Source of the DNA: a virus
Lineage: Duplodnaviria; Caudoviricetes
Virus record (IMG/VR): IMGVR_UViG_2687453420_000002
Span: 1 to 64,000 of that record
Direction: 5' to 3' (one strand)
Length of the DNA stretch: 64,000 nt
Positions within the stretch are counted from its first letter, which is position 1, and each line of letters opens with the position of its first letter. Under the pieces are notes generated by a model. It was not told where the DNA came from and did no database searches. It was given only the letters and a program-made list of their open reading frames with translations. This document shows positions 30,328-41,823 of this stretch, piece after piece. The translations under genes were made by a program, and so were the position numbers.

Positions 30328-31362
30328 TTAGTTAACTGTAGCAAAGAAACATTCGTCAGCTCTTTCAAATGAAGGCATACCTAATTGAGACACCTTTGTT
30401 TGAACTGTTACAGGATCATCTTTTTTCATTGTCATAATTGCTACACCTGTTCTTACTATTTCTACACTAGAACCTTGTGAGAACATCTTATCAGCCTCTT
30501 CTGGAGTTGTACCATAATAGGTTGCTCCTAATGTTCCTGTAGGTATTAATGTAAATTTTCCACTTGGAAAATAAGGTTCTTCTGTTCCATCTTCTAATTT
30601 ATAAGAACCACTTACTACTGCTAATGTTACACCTGTTTTCTTTTTAATATATTCCTTAATTTCATCATCTGAAGCTAAATAATTTGGATTTTGTGGCCAT
30701 CCTGATTTAACTATATTTTTATTAGCTGTAATCCATCCAAATGTAGTTGCATCTAATACTGCCCTATCTACAATATAACCTTCGTTTTTCATTAATCTAG
30801 TCCATCTAATCATGTCTAAAACAGGATTTGAATTAATAGTATCTGACCATTTAGCAGTACCAGCTAATACTTCTTTATGTTTTTCAGAAACACCAAAATC
30901 AAATACAATATCTCCATCCTCAGAAACAATAGATATAGTTCCCGCATCAGAAAGTAATTGCATGCGCATACGCTCCATTTGCATATCTCCACCATCTACA
31001 AGATCCTTGTAATTATCAAAGATTTTAGTAATAATCATATCAATAACATTTTTGTTTTGAGCCTGTGTAGCTAGTAGTAAGTCTTGTCTATCTTTTTCAT
31101 TAACAAGCACTGATTCTTTAAAAAATGGCATTTGTTTAGTAACTTCATCTACTTGTGCTTTTAATGCTCTAATTTTTACTGCTACATCAAAAGCAGATTG
31201 TTTTAATACAACTGGTTTTTTCTTTGCACCTTTAATATATTTTAATTCCATTCCTAATTGTTTTTTTCTAGGGAAAAGAGCTTCACCTATTACTACTTCT
31301 GGTGGAAGCTCTTTAATATAAGTTGCTATTTCTTTTACGTTTATAATATCTCTCCAATCCAT
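30328..31362 (-). CDS. Major capsid protein (lambda gpE-like)
   Basis: LFP.K, PFFKES, ERMRMQLL, G.T.YGTTPEE, DPV...K.S....PSF. Confidence 0.85.
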   Translation of the reverse strand: MDWRDIINVKEIATYIKELPPEVVIGEALFPRKKQLGMELKYIKGAKKKPVVLKQSAFDVAVKIRALKAQVDEVTKQMPFFKESVLVNEKDRQDLLLATQAQNKNVIDMIITKIFDNYKDLVDGGDMQMERMRMQLLSDAGTISIVSEDGDIVFDFGVSEKHKEVLAGTAKWSDTINSNPVLDMIRWTRLMKNEGYIVDRAVLDATTFGWITANKNIVKSGWPQNPNYLASDDEIKEYIKKKTGVTLAVVSGSYKLEDGTEEPYFPSGKFTLIPTGTLGATYYGTTPEEADKMFSQGSSVEIVRTGVAIMTMKKDDPVTVQTKVSQLGMPSFERADECFFATVN

Positions 31363-31382
31363 TTACTCATTCCTCCTTCTAA

Positions 31383-31739
31383 TTATAAAAACATAAGCAT
31401 CTTCATAGCTGTTTTAGCTTCTGATGAAACAATTTCAGGTAATGTTGATTCTTTTATAAATCCAAAAATAGTTACTGGAACAGTCTCAGCACCATGTGAA
31501 TATGTTAAATTTACATCCCTATAAACTAATCCAAAAGCCTTATCATTTGTAACTGTAGATCCATCAACTATTTTTCCATCTTTACTTATTACTGTACCTG
31601 CCTTAAGTATTCTTTTACCTTCTACTTCTTTTACATCAGTTTTTTTAACCTTTACCATTGCATTTTGAAATAATTCTCCTGCAAATTGTAATATTGTTTT
31701 GTTTTCACCCATATAGGACTGACTTCTTTCAATACTCAT
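31383..31739 (-). CDS. Head decoration protein
   Basis: ILKAGT..; G.V..DV; position before capsid. Confidence 0.65.
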   Translation of the reverse strand: MSIERSQSYMGENKTILQFAGELFQNAMVKVKKTDVKEVEGKRILKAGTVISKDGKIVDGSTVTNDKAFGLVYRDVNLTYSHGAETVPVTIFGFIKESTLPEIVSSEAKTAMKMLMFL

Positions 31740-31752
31740 ATCTTTCTACCTC

Positions 31753-32391
31753 CTATGAAAAAAATTTATTTTGTGCTTCTGTTACTTTTGTAGTTTCTGT
31801 TCTTTCTTTAGCTAAGCGAGCACCTAAACTTAACTTTCCTTCATCATTATCAATTACAGAAGATGAATCACCTCCTATATTTCCAGTACCTCCTGGAATT
31901 TCTGTTTCAAATAAATAAGCATCACTTTCTTTTAGAGACTTTACCTGTTCCTCTAGTCCTATGAAAGTATCATCAACAAGTTTTACTTTATCCATGTCCA
32001 AAAGAGCTCTTAATGCTTTAGAATTCTTAGTTTTATATTCTGCTATAGCTTTTTCAAACTTAGTATCAAAATTAATCTGATTAAGTTTAGCTTCATAATC
32101 CTTAGTTGTTTTTTCATTATCAGCTTTAAGATTTTCTATTTCTTGTGAAAGTTCTTCACTATCTTTTGCTTTATCCTTTAAATCATTAAGTTGCTTATCT
32201 CTATCTTTTAATTGTTTTTTATACTCTTTGATAGAATTATTTGCGGTATCTAATTCTGACTTTTCTATATACTTGCTTTCTTTTTTAGAATCAACTAAAA
32301 GAACGTTATCTTTATCTTTTGAAATTTTATCATAAGCCTTCTGTCCTTCTTCATCTCCCAATATTTTCTTTAAATATTCTAGTAATCCCAT
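31753..32391 (-). CDS. Scaffolding protein (GP20-like)
   Basis: Coiled coil; GL.EQ...LKESD.YLF. Confidence 0.8.
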   Translation of the reverse strand: MGLLEYLKKILGDEEGQKAYDKISKDKDNVLLVDSKKESKYIEKSELDTANNSIKEYKKQLKDRDKQLNDLKDKAKDSEELSQEIENLKADNEKTTKDYEAKLNQINFDTKFEKAIAEYKTKNSKALRALLDMDKVKLVDDTFIGLEEQVKSLKESDAYLFETEIPGGTGNIGGDSSSVIDNDEGKLSLGARLAKERTETTKVTEAQNKFFS

Positions 32392-32441
32392 ATTTCTTTA
32401 CCTCCTATTTTAAAACAAAATAAAAAGACATATTTCTATGC

Positions 32442-32660
32442 CTACAATAATTCTGCTATATTTTTAATTGAATATCTTAACTTTCTGATTTGATCTCTAA
32501 GTTTATTATTTTCCTGTTCCATTTTAGGATAATCTTTATTAAACTTACCAACTGCATTTTCAAGAGTAATAATATAAGCTTTCATTTCACTTATCTGTGA
32601 TTCATATTTTTTATTCATATCTTCTCCCTTTTCATTCACAAAAATATACTTATCTTCCAT
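32442..32660 (-). CDS. Hypothetical protein
   Basis: ORF in operon. Confidence 0.5.
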   Translation of the reverse strand: MEDKYIFVNEKGEDMNKKYESQISEMKAYIITLENAVGKFNKDYPKMEQENNKLRDQIRKLRYSIKNIAELL

Positions 32661-32946
32661 TAATCCTATTCATCTCCTTTTTGAACTCCTTTTGAATATT
32701 ATCTATCTCCTTGTCAGCTACTATCTTATCTACATCATTAGTATCTTTAAATTTTCTTGATATCCTTATTTCCATCTTTCTTTTTAAGTGCCTACATTTA
32801 GCGTTCATAACACATACTAAATGTTTTTTATTACACTTAGGACATTCATAATATACTACTGTATACATTGCGCCTAAATACTTTTCCTTAAGTTTGTCTT
32901 GTGACATTTCAAATTCTCTTTTACAGTTATCACATATTGCTTTCAT
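32650..32946 (-). CDS. Zn-ribbon hypothetical protein
   Basis: CxxC...CxxC. Confidence 0.55.
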   Translation of the reverse strand: MKAICDNCKREFEMSQDKLKEKYLGAMYTVVYYECPKCNKKHLVCVMNAKCRHLKRKMEIRISRKFKDTNDVDKIVADKEIDNIQKEFKKEMNRINGR

Positions 32947-32956
32947 TATTTCCCTC

Positions 32957-33892
32957 CTATACAGCTATTCCGTATTCTTTTCCATATTCATTGTACCACT
33001 TGTCTAACTTACTATTACCTTCTCCATTAAGCCATGCTATAAGTTCATCTCTTGCCTGTTCTATAGGTACTGTTTCAGTAGTAAAAAAACATAAACAATT
33101 AGGATGTTGAATAGGAACTTCATTAGGTTTAAATACTTGTCCTGCATATTCATCACAAATATCCGTTTTCCCATGCATTCTACTGCTATGACTAGGACTT
33201 AGATTCCATTTAAGCCCTTTACAAAATGGATTTCTCTTACTACCTTGAATATATGTTTCTGTACTAGCATGAGTTAAACAAGTTCTAGATAACCTTTGCG
33301 CTTGATATGAAATATTTTTACTCATACCAGCTTTTAATGTTTTAGAATCAATTCTTTTATATGGATTAATATAAGCATCTAGTTCTTTAGCTAATTCTCT
33401 AGCATTAGCACTTTTGGCTACATTAATTTTTATAAGAGTATCAATATCCTTTGAATTTTTTTTAGTTATATTCCAGAGTCTTTTATCTAATGTTTTAGCA
33501 TCTTCATAATAATTACCACTTATAAGCTGCTTAGTAATATTAGAAGGCAACTGAGTAAACATCTTATTAAAAGTAGCTTTTATATCTTCTCTAGGAACTA
33601 TTCTATCAAAATAACTTGCCTGTACTGAACTTGCTATCTCTGAACTTGATTCTATACTTGCTTTGATAGATCTACTTAAATTATTTCTTAATTCTAGTAC
33701 ATATCTATCAATGGATTTATCTAATTCATTTAAATATCTAGCATTTATTCCACCCGGCTTAGCTTTAGAAAGTTTATATGATATCTGTCTACTAGCTTCT
33801 TCATATATTTTTAGCAGTTCTTTTTCTTGTTTCTGTACTAATTTTAAAAACTCTTTTCTACCTTCAAATATTCTCCTTTGATACTCATTCAT
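32957..33892 (-). CDS. Minor head (MuF/gp7-like) protein
   Basis: A.RL.RT, DICD.Y, P..HPNCLC. Confidence 0.75.
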   Translation of the reverse strand: MNEYQRRIFEGRKEFLKLVQKQEKELLKIYEEASRQISYKLSKAKPGGINARYLNELDKSIDRYVLELRNNLSRSIKASIESSSEIASSVQASYFDRIVPREDIKATFNKMFTQLPSNITKQLISGNYYEDAKTLDKRLWNITKKNSKDIDTLIKINVAKSANARELAKELDAYINPYKRIDSKTLKAGMSKNISYQAQRLSRTCLTHASTETYIQGSKRNPFCKGLKWNLSPSHSSRMHGKTDICDEYAGQVFKPNEVPIQHPNCLCFFTTETVPIEQARDELIAWLNGEGNSKLDKWYNEYGKEYGIAV

Positions 33893-35367
33893 TATGAATC
33901 ACCATCATGATTGTTTACCTCATCATCTATACCTTTTAAAAATTGGTCCTGTTCTGCTGCATTAATTGTTGTTATATCTTCTATAACTTCATTAAAGTGT
34001 TCTTCATAATCTTCATCATTGGAGAAATCTTTGATATAACTTCTATGGCTTCTTACATTAGTATTAACCTCTTCTAATGCCAGCTTTTTCTTATCTTCTT
34101 CATCTTCAGGGATAGGGTAGCGCTTATCCAGGACTATAGAATACTCTAAATTATTCCATTCTGGCTTCCATAATTCATAGCATTTAAACTTACTGCAAGC
34201 TTCTACTAATAATCTAAGCATACTCCTAATGTTAGGTTCCCAATCATGCCATTTTTCTTCACTTCTAGCTATTAAATCATTGTATATATATTTAATAGTT
34301 TTTGCTGAAGGTACATTTTTAAGCCTGTCATCAGTAGGTATACTTAATTTGTCATGCATACTTTTATCTAAAATATCAAGAAACATTCTAACTGGTTCAG
34401 CATTACTAAATGAGCTTTCAACTCTTTGAGCTGAAGCTTGTTTCCCATCTATACTAACTAAAGCCATCAATGCATTAGGAGCTATTCTACAAGCATTTAC
34501 TGTTTCTTCTGTAGCATCTATTACAGCTGTCTGCCCAAACATTAAGAATCTCAGAGCATCATTAAAATCTGATAATCTTTGATTATAACTATTTTGTAAT
34601 GGTTTTAAATCTGTAATATCACTTTTCCCATTCTTATTCATTAAGTCCTGCTCATTAATCATTATCCAGCAAGGTATCTTACTTAATTTTGTATCTATAG
34701 TTTTTGTTTCTATAGGATTTTCTAAATCTAAATTATTAAATGTTTCTATAGTTAATAAACATGTTTCTTCTAAGCTTTTTTTACTTGCCTTTCCCATTTT
34801 GTAAGTATATCTATTCCATAGTTCAGTAGTATCTGTTTTTTCTTTTAATCTAACAAATGTAACTGACAAAAGTTTTCTTGAGTCTTTTGGATCTAGCTCA
34901 TAATTAAAGTCATTTACATTATGGTAGTATAATCTTATGCTTTCTTCAGGATTGGCTTCCATTCTTAAAAGTACTCTCTTAGTTACAGTTGCTAATCTAA
35001 AAGCTTTCATTGTTTCACTCCAAAACTGGCTACCATTAAGAATATCATCTATAAATACTCTTAATTCTTCACATGTACTTTTATCTTTACTATCTCTTGG
35101 CTTAAATAATAAAATAGGCTCTTTTCCTAAAAAGAAACGTGCCTGCTTATGAATTAATGGTTTTATTTTATTATCTATAACTTGTGAAGGAATGTAATCC
35201 AAATCATCAGCATTTATCCAACTTTGACCTAATAGAATTTCATCTAACAAAGCTTTATCTTTATCAGTTACTGCACCATGATAAAAATAATAATTAGTCT
35301 TAATTTTTTCTAATTCCTTCTTTTGCTCGTTGGTAAACTTTAATAAGGTTTGCTTTATATCTTCCAT
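33892..35367 (-). CDS. Portal protein (SPP1 gp6-like)
   Basis: Follows terminase; G.SDI..L..LQ..YN...SD. Confidence 0.8.
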   Translation of the reverse strand: MEDIKQTLLKFTNEQKKELEKIKTNYYFYHGAVTDKDKALLDEILLGQSWINADDLDYIPSQVIDNKIKPLIHKQARFFLGKEPILLFKPRDSKDKSTCEELRVFIDDILNGSQFWSETMKAFRLATVTKRVLLRMEANPEESIRLYYHNVNDFNYELDPKDSRKLLSVTFVRLKEKTDTTELWNRYTYKMGKASKKSLEETCLLTIETFNNLDLENPIETKTIDTKLSKIPCWIMINEQDLMNKNGKSDITDLKPLQNSYNQRLSDFNDALRFLMFGQTAVIDATEETVNACRIAPNALMALVSIDGKQASAQRVESSFSNAEPVRMFLDILDKSMHDKLSIPTDDRLKNVPSAKTIKYIYNDLIARSEEKWHDWEPNIRSMLRLLVEACSKFKCYELWKPEWNNLEYSIVLDKRYPIPEDEEDKKKLALEEVNTNVRSHRSYIKDFSNDEDYEEHFNEVIEDITTINAAEQDQFLKGIDDEVNNHDGDS

Positions 35368-36824
35368 TAAAACACCTTTTCTCCTTTCTTTTTATATTGT
35401 TTAAGATTATTATTCTTAAGTCCTATACCTTTGTTGTATACTTCTTTGTTATAAGTAACAGTTCTATCATAGAATGTTAATACAACTGCATCCGCTCTAT
35501 CCGGAGAAGTTAAGCCTCTTTCTTTCATATCTTTCTTACTTTCTAAAGCTATTTTCCCTCTACTTGTAATTCTATATTTTCTAGTAGATAGCTGGCTTAT
35601 TAATTTTTCATCTTCTGGAAGTTGTATTTTACGTGTCTCATTTCGCATATAAGCTGAGAAGTTTTCTTCAAGTATGTCTTTAACTTCTCCCCAAGTACAT
35701 GCTCCTAAGTTTTCAAAATGTTCATCATATGAAGCACTACCATTATTTACTGGAATAACTTCTATAGGTAGGTTTTGTTCCTTTACTACTTCTTTTAATC
35801 TATCTGTTACCCCTCCACCTACTCCAGTATCATCTATCTTAGCTTTACACTTTTTTAATGAAGGAAACTTTTCCATATATTCTTTAAATGTAGTAATTAC
35901 GTATCCTACTGTAGTCATTGTATCTTGTTTACTATAACAATTAAGTTTAAATACTTTATCACCTATTCTTGGAGCTATAACAGTTTCATCATCACCAAAT
36001 CTAGATACATCCACACCCAAATGAAGAATATCACCTACTGGATCTAATATAAATTTAGTAGCAAGTTCTGCATATTCTAAAGATATAAATGTATCAAGTT
36101 CCCCTTTAGGAAATTCGCCTAAAACTCTTACCCTATAAACATCACTATTCTCATGGTATTTCTCCTTAAGCATTTCAATGTTTTCTTTTGAAGTTCTAGG
36201 ACTGTCCAAGCTACTAACTTTATGTGTTTTGTAGTGAGATCTATCTCTATTATGACTATCATAAAAAACTCCACTTGTTTTATTTGGGTTTCCACACATT
36301 AAGAGTTTATTTTCTGCTCCTGATAAAGTACCAAGTATAGCTTCCATAATAGGATCAGCAACACCAGAAGCTTCATCAACTATAAAAAGCATATAATCTT
36401 CATGGAATCCTTGCATATTCTCTGGCTTTGTTGCAGTTTTAGCAGTAGCAAACCATCTTTCCTCTTCACCAATCATATATATTTTAGTCTTGGTCCATTT
36501 AAGAAAATCTTTAACTTTGCTTTTGTTAAGCCATTTAGCAACCTCTGCCCAAAGTACATCATATAATTGCTGCATTGTTGGGGCTGTTGCCACTACTTTA
36601 GGAAATGGTCTACAACATAAAAACCAAATAATAATAGCAGCTTCCAGACCTGTCTTTCCTACTCCTTGACCACTTCTTACTGATACTTTAGAACTATTAG
36701 CTATATCCATCATTACTTTAGATTGCCATTCATCAGGGTGAAAATCTAACATATCTTCAGCAAAAGCTACTGGATTATCCCAATAAATATCTAATAACTC
36801 AACAAATATATTAGAATCATCCAT
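35367..36824 (-). CDS. Terminase large subunit
   Basis: [34 protein letters not shown]. Confidence 0.92.
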   Translation of the reverse strand: MDDSNIFVELLDIYWDNPVAFAEDMLDFHPDEWQSKVMMDIANSSKVSVRSGQGVGKTGLEAAIIIWFLCCRPFPKVVATAPTMQQLYDVLWAEVAKWLNKSKVKDFLKWTKTKIYMIGEEERWFATAKTATKPENMQGFHEDYMLFIVDEASGVADPIMEAILGTLSGAENKLLMCGNPNKTSGVFYDSHNRDRSHYKTHKVSSLDSPRTSKENIEMLKEKYHENSDVYRVRVLGEFPKGELDTFISLEYAELATKFILDPVGDILHLGVDVSRFGDDETVIAPRIGDKVFKLNCYSKQDTMTTVGYVITTFKEYMEKFPSLKKCKAKIDDTGVGGGVTDRLKEVVKEQNLPIEVIPVNNGSASYDEHFENLGACTWGEVKDILEENFSAYMRNETRKIQLPEDEKLISQLSTRKYRITSRGKIALESKKDMKERGLTSPDRADAVVLTFYDRTVTYNKEVYNKGIGLKNNNLKQYKKKGEKVF

Positions 36825-37512
36825 TTGAATTCACCTCAGATTGCTGCTTCTTCTTTTCTCTACGTTTAGCAATCTCCTGAATAGCTGATTTCCAATCCTT
36901 AATTCCAGCCTTAGATTTTTCTTTATCTAATCCTTCTAATTCTAAATAGTTTTTAACTAAACTTCTTAACTCTGATATAGCTCTACTTTGAGCATTAAGA
37001 AAAGTAGCCTGTCTATCCCATGCAAATTGAAATTCATATTCTACTTCTTTTGATGAGCTTTTATCGCCCCATGAATCTTTTGTCTTTTTCAATTCCTTTA
37101 TCATTTCTTCTTTTTCTGTTACATACATAATTCTTTGAGATCTTACTATTGCTGCATACTGTATCATTATTTGATCCCATAATATATCTAAAGGTTTCTT
37201 AGTCTCTATTTCTTCCATTATCCCTAAAGTTTCCTCCGGTAAATACTTAGAGAAAAATCCATGTTTCTCCGCATTCTTATTCTTTGCTGGAGCTCCATGT
37301 CCTACTGCATTCTTATTATTTAAGGGTGCACCCTTTTTATTTTTGTGTGCACCCTTCTGTTTTTTCTCTTCTGACCAACCATATCTTTTCACCCAAGACT
37401 TAATTGTATTTAAACTAACTGAATACTTTTTAGCTAAGTCTTTATATTTCATACCTTTAAGATAATCTTTCTTAGCCTGTTCTTTAGTATCTGGTCCTCT
37501 TATACTTTCCAT
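36817..37512 (-). CDS. Terminase small subunit
   Basis: N-terminal HTH; [17 protein letters not shown]. Confidence 0.85.
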   Translation of the reverse strand: MESIRGPDTKEQAKKDYLKGMKYKDLAKKYSVSLNTIKSWVKRYGWSEEKKQKGAHKNKKGAPLNNKNAVGHGAPAKNKNAEKHGFFSKYLPEETLGIMEEIETKKPLDILWDQIMIQYAAIVRSQRIMYVTEKEEMIKELKKTKDSWGDKSSSKEVEYEFQFAWDRQATFLNAQSRAISELRSLVKNYLELEGLDKEKSKAGIKDWKSAIQEIAKRREKKKQQSEVNSNG

Positions 37513-37608
37513 ACCACCACCTCATTGCTAGTTGCTTTGTTTGTTTTGTATATAAAAAAGAGCCCTTATGAGCTCTTTGTTAAATTAATATGTTTTACTA
37601 CAATTTAA

Positions 37609-37848
37609 TTAATCAAAATCCCTATCAACTTCAATTACCTGTCCTGTGTTAGCATTTATTTTTACTTCATAAATTCCAGCAGTGGTTCTAATGCTAACCT
37701 CGTAAACTAATATGCCATCTTCAACATCTAACTCAACTCTTACTACCTGTCCTGGAACCTGCTGTAGTGCAATTTGCACAGCTGCTTCACTACTAATGCG
37801 ATAGCTTCTCCAGTATCCATCCCATAAAGCATAATAATTAGGTATCAT
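37609..37848 (-). CDS. PepSY-domain protein
   Basis: IS.E.A..IAL..VPG.V..VELD.....YEV......EV.I.A.TG.V. Confidence 0.8.
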   Translation of the reverse strand: MIPNYYALWDGYWRSYRISSEAAVQIALQQVPGQVVRVELDVEDGILVYEVSIRTTAGIYEVKINANTGQVIEVDRDFD

Positions 37849-37963
37849 TATAAAATCATCTTCCTTTTCAATATTTACATGATTATTATATTCAATTATT
37901 TAAAGATTAGTGACTTTTAGCAATATATACTTTTAAGTTATCTCCTTACTTAACACTCTTATT

Positions 37964-38173
37964 CTATTTTCCCCATGTTCTCTGCTTTATACTGCCACCC
38001 TTACCCCTACAATAACTATCATGGCTCATAAGATCCATAACATCAGAAAAGGAGAGGTCCTCTTTCTTACCTCTCCTAGATTTTTTCTTATTCTGCTTTC
38101 TATTTTTATTCAATTTCTTGTGCATTCCTGGTTGTTGTATTTCTATTATTTTTCCTACCTTCAAACCTCTCAC
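37964..38173 (-). CDS. Small basic hypothetical protein
   Basis: ORF; M.HDSY..GG.I.Q motif. Confidence 0.55.
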   Translation of the reverse strand: MRGLKVGKIIEIQQPGMHKKLNKNRKQNKKKSRRGKKEDLSFSDVMDLMSHDSYCRGKGGSIKQRTWGK

Positions 38174-38319
38174 CTCTTATCTATGTAATATGAATATAAT
38201 CTCCTAGGCTGTTTTAGGTATGTAAAAAGCACCTAAGGTTTATATTCCTTAAGTGCTCATACACAATATTATATTATCAATATTTTTCCTCTAAATATAT
38301 TTATTTTAATATTTAGCGT

Positions 38320-38757
38320 TTATTCTAAAACTGTTGGTTTTATTTTCTCTTGTCCTCTTAATACCTGAAGTGCTTCTGCTACCTTTCTAGCAAAGTTTAA
38401 AGGTCTATCTATTGATTCAAAGTGAATATACATAAGTCTTGGATCATCAAATAACCAATGATTATGAAGTGCAGTAACTAATATTCCATTTTCTCTTAAA
38501 ATAGATATAAAATCATTTATTTCTTCTTGAAGAATAACTGTTTCACCTAAATTAAGAGTTCTACCTGCATTATCAGGAGCCTCAAATGAAAACATCGCCA
38601 TTAAAGCTAATGGTGAATGAGTTCGTCTCCTCAATATTTCTGCATCAATATCTCTAATAAACATTACTGTACAAACATTATCAGCTGTACTTAGAATTTC
38701 AGCTCCAAGTATATCAGCAAACTTTGCACAGGTTCTACAAAAATCTCTCATAATCAT
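38320..38757 (-). CDS. DUF1259-like metal-binding protein
   Basis: LNLGETVILQEE, VTALHNHWLFDDPRLMYIHF. Confidence 0.75.
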   Translation of the reverse strand: MIMRDFCRTCAKFADILGAEILSTADNVCTVMFIRDIDAEILRRRTHSPLALMAMFSFEAPDNAGRTLNLGETVILQEEINDFISILRENGILVTALHNHWLFDDPRLMYIHFESIDRPLNFARKVAEALQVLRGQEKIKPTVLE

Positions 38758-39362
38758 TTCCTCCTATTTTTTTATCTTAAGCTTTTCAATATTATATAGA
38801 TAGCTTGTCTCTATATAAATATAATATGAAACTTATTTATAAGCGTGCATAAATGTTATTTTATAGCTAAATAATAGGAGATTAAAAAACACCCAGAAAT
38901 TAATCTAAGTGCTTTTTAGTACATACACAATATATTATATTTTTTTATTTTAACCCCTAGTGATAAGCTAGGAATTATTGCTATCGTTCCCTTTTAAATG
39001 GCAGTTCTTTTCCATCTACTAAGTTATCAGCTTAGATTTTTGCACTGTGGATAGCTCACACTTTAGATTATAATAAGATTCTTCTTAAAACATATATTGC
39101 ATATCAGAAAACATAATTTATAAACTCCATTCTTTTCATAAAAAAGTAATTTGTTTATTCCTTATATTTTGTACTAATACACAATATATTCTACTGTTCT
39201 TACAACTTGGTAAGTCAGCTTAATGTTATCAGCAAGTGCTTGTAGGCTAAGTCTTACCCATGCAATAACATTATCAATATTTCACTCCTCTTATGCTACC
39301 TACTGACACATAAGAATCATAGCTACTATTTCTACTACTTTGTTATGGGCATTTATCCCCAT

Positions 39363-39447
39363 TGGCACCGGCGGAGGAATTGAACCTCATTCTCCAAGTC
39401 ATGTTATCGCTAGCTTCTTGGTGCGTTACCATTACGCTACAACCGGC
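39363..39447 (-). tRNA. tRNA-like RNA with encoded CCA but 18-nt anticodon loop (no assignable anticodon)
   Basis: D-arm GCGT/ACGC with TGG, stem CCAAG/CTTGG, T-arm GAGG-TTCAATT-CCTC, acceptor GCCGGT/GCCGGT, 3' GCCA. Confidence 0.7.
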
Positions 39448-39580
39448 ATAAATAGGAAGCACCCAAATTAATGGATGCTTTGCAGTTGCGCTTTATTTAA
39501 TTTGTACGATAAAATCCTCTTTCTATTATAACTTTCCTTAATACCATAATAACACATATAATTCGGTATTTTCGGTGTAA

Positions 39581-40081
39581 TTATAAATTATTTAAATATT
39601 TATCATGTATTTCTTTTCTAGGATAACTTTCATGACATTTTCCGATTCTTATAGCTATTGCCTGCCAACTTAATCTATCAATATATCTATATTGAAACAC
39701 TCTTCTTGTTTTTGAATCTGGAATAGTGTTTATGAATTCTTCTATCTGTAGTTTCATATCTTCACATTTATTTTTTCTTTTGCTTAATAGATTATTTAAT
39801 TTAATTAATCTTTCTTCTTTTTTATCTGCTTCCGGATAATTATACCCTTCAATAGTAAATTTTCTTTCTGTATAAGGAAAAACATTGCTAGATCCTTTAA
39901 CACTGTCTTGTTCAATTTTAATCTTTTTATTCTCTAATTTCTCAATTCTATTTTCAAGTTCACTTATTTCTACTTTTAAATCATTGTATTGTTTTAATAA
40001 AAATGTAGTATCCTTCATGCTTGTCCTCCTACTCATAGAATCTATTTTTTCCCCACATTTTAGTGCGAGGCTTATTTTCAC
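39581..40081 (-). CDS. RinA/ArpU-like late transcriptional activator (true start probably MKDTT)
   Basis: IEEFI..I.DS..RR.F.YRYI..LSW..IA. Confidence 0.7.
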   Translation of the reverse strand: MKISLALKCGEKIDSMSRRTSMKDTTFLLKQYNDLKVEISELENRIEKLENKKIKIEQDSVKGSSNVFPYTERKFTIEGYNYPEADKKEERLIKLNNLLSKRKNKCEDMKLQIEEFINTIPDSKTRRVFQYRYIDRLSWQAIAIRIGKCHESYPRKEIHDKYLNNL

Positions 40082-40247
40082 CTAATTTCCTAGCTAAGGC
40101 TGCTAATTCATTTAGCTTGTCTTTGTTGAATTCACCTAATAGGTTAGCAATCTGCATCATATCTGCATCAAATTTTCTAAATTTATTCTTCTGTTCTTCT
40201 GTTAATTTTAATCCAGCTAAATCAAATTCATCTAACGTACCATTCAT
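40029..40247 (-). CDS. Hypothetical protein
   Basis: ORF in operon. Confidence 0.5.
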   Translation of the reverse strand: MNGTLDEFDLAGLKLTEEQKNKFRKFDADMMQIANLLGEFNKDKLNELAALARKLGENKPRTKMWGKNRFYE

Positions 40248-40435
40248 ACCGCCTTCACCTTCCTAATTTCTTTTCCTTTTAGGTTGTAGACTATTCCATG
40301 TTGAAAATCTATCTTTGCTTTTATTCTTTTTCTGCCTCTCTTTAAAATGCATGGATAAGTTATTGTATAATTTTCCTCAAATAGCTTTAGTTCCCCATTA
40401 AAGTACTTGTCCAATTTATTTCTCCATGCTTCCAT
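40244..40435 (-). CDS. Hypothetical protein
   Basis: ORF with RBS GGAGGG. Confidence 0.5.
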   Translation of the reverse strand: MEAWRNKLDKYFNGELKLFEENYTITYPCILKRGRKRIKAKIDFQHGIVYNLKGKEIRKVKAV

Positions 40436-40827
40436 GATTAATCCCTCCTTTGTATTATTGTTTTAATACTCTAGTACAGTTAAGGTGCAGAAATGCATAG
40501 TTTAATCCCTACACCTATTTAGTTTTAAAACTGTCTTTTCCAAATAACTCTTATATTCTTATATTTTTCTTGTAGTTTTTCAAATAATTCAGTTACTTGT
40601 AATCCAGTATTTCTCCATTACAGAACCAAACTCCATACTCACTATCTTTACTAGGCTTTCTATATCTTAATTGGAGCTTTTTATCATCACATTGTAAGTT
40701 AACATTGCAATGTGTCATTAGCACTAAATAAACATTATCTCTTTTCGCCACTATTTTCCCTCCTTACTTTTAACCCCTAATACTCTTTTTCTGCTTTCTC
40801 TATTTCTTTTGCAAGTTCTGGATTATT

Positions 40828-41823
40828 TTAAGATATTTTCTTATATTCATGTTTTATGTTTTCTTCTGATAATTCTGCATATATCTGTGTAGTCGCAGGA
40901 TTTTCATGCCCCATAAGATGTTGTATAACCGGCAATGGCATACCTGCATTTAGTTTGCTGGTAGCAAAAGAATGTCTAAATAAATGAGGATAAATAGATT
41001 TGTTTATGCCTGCTCTATCCGCAATTTTTTTAATCTCTCTTTGAACACTTCTACCACCCAATCTATTATGTGGACTTTTTGAAGTAACAAATAATGCTTC
41101 ATTATTATCTTTTCTTCTATTTAAATATTTTTTCAAATATATTTTGGTTTTAATATTAAAATAAACCTTGCGTTCTTTATCACCCTTACCTATTACATTT
41201 AAAGACATTTCATACCAGTTTATGTCATCTTTATTTACTCCAACCACCTCTGATAATCTGCACCCAGTAGATATTAAAAATTCTACTAGTGCCTTTTCTC
41301 TATCTGTTTTAGAAGCCTGCCTTAAAAGTTCTACTTCCTCTTCTGTCATAGCATGTCTTAATCTCTTTGGTTCTTTAGTTTGTTTTAGCTTCTTTGCTGG
41401 ATTTTTAGGTATATACTCTTCATCTGCAAGCCAACCAAAGAAACTTTTTAGTATAGAGATTTGTCCATTTACACTAGTTGCTCTCATGTTCTTGCATCTA
41501 ACCGCTAAGAACATTCTTAAATCCATAGTAGTAATAGTTCCCAGTGGTTTTCTTAAGTGATCTGCAAATATTGCTAAATTATATTGATAGTTTTTTAATG
41601 TTTTTAAGCTTAAGCCATCCAGCTTCTTAGATGCTAAGTATATTTGTAATTTTTCTTCTATATCACTTGTTACTAGACCTGTCTCCTCTGGCAATACACG
41701 GTATTTATACAATACTTCTTCTGCTATAGTTCTAACCTTCCGCTGGTCTATTTCTGGAAATTCTAAAGATAGCTTGCCCACTAATTTAATTACAACTTCT
41801 TCTTTACTACTTGAACTGTACAT
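40828..41823 (-). CDS. XerD-like tyrosine recombinase
   Basis: TGCRLSE, GKGDKER, PHLFRHSFAT, LMGH, TTQIY. Confidence 0.92.
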   Translation of the reverse strand: MYSSSSKEEVVIKLVGKLSLEFPEIDQRKVRTIAEEVLYKYRVLPEETGLVTSDIEEKLQIYLASKKLDGLSLKTLKNYQYNLAIFADHLRKPLGTITTMDLRMFLAVRCKNMRATSVNGQISILKSFFGWLADEEYIPKNPAKKLKQTKEPKRLRHAMTEEEVELLRQASKTDREKALVEFLISTGCRLSEVVGVNKDDINWYEMSLNVIGKGDKERKVYFNIKTKIYLKKYLNRRKDNNEALFVTSKSPHNRLGGRSVQREIKKIADRAGINKSIYPHLFRHSFATSKLNAGMPLPVIQHLMGHENPATTQIYAELSEENIKHEYKKIS

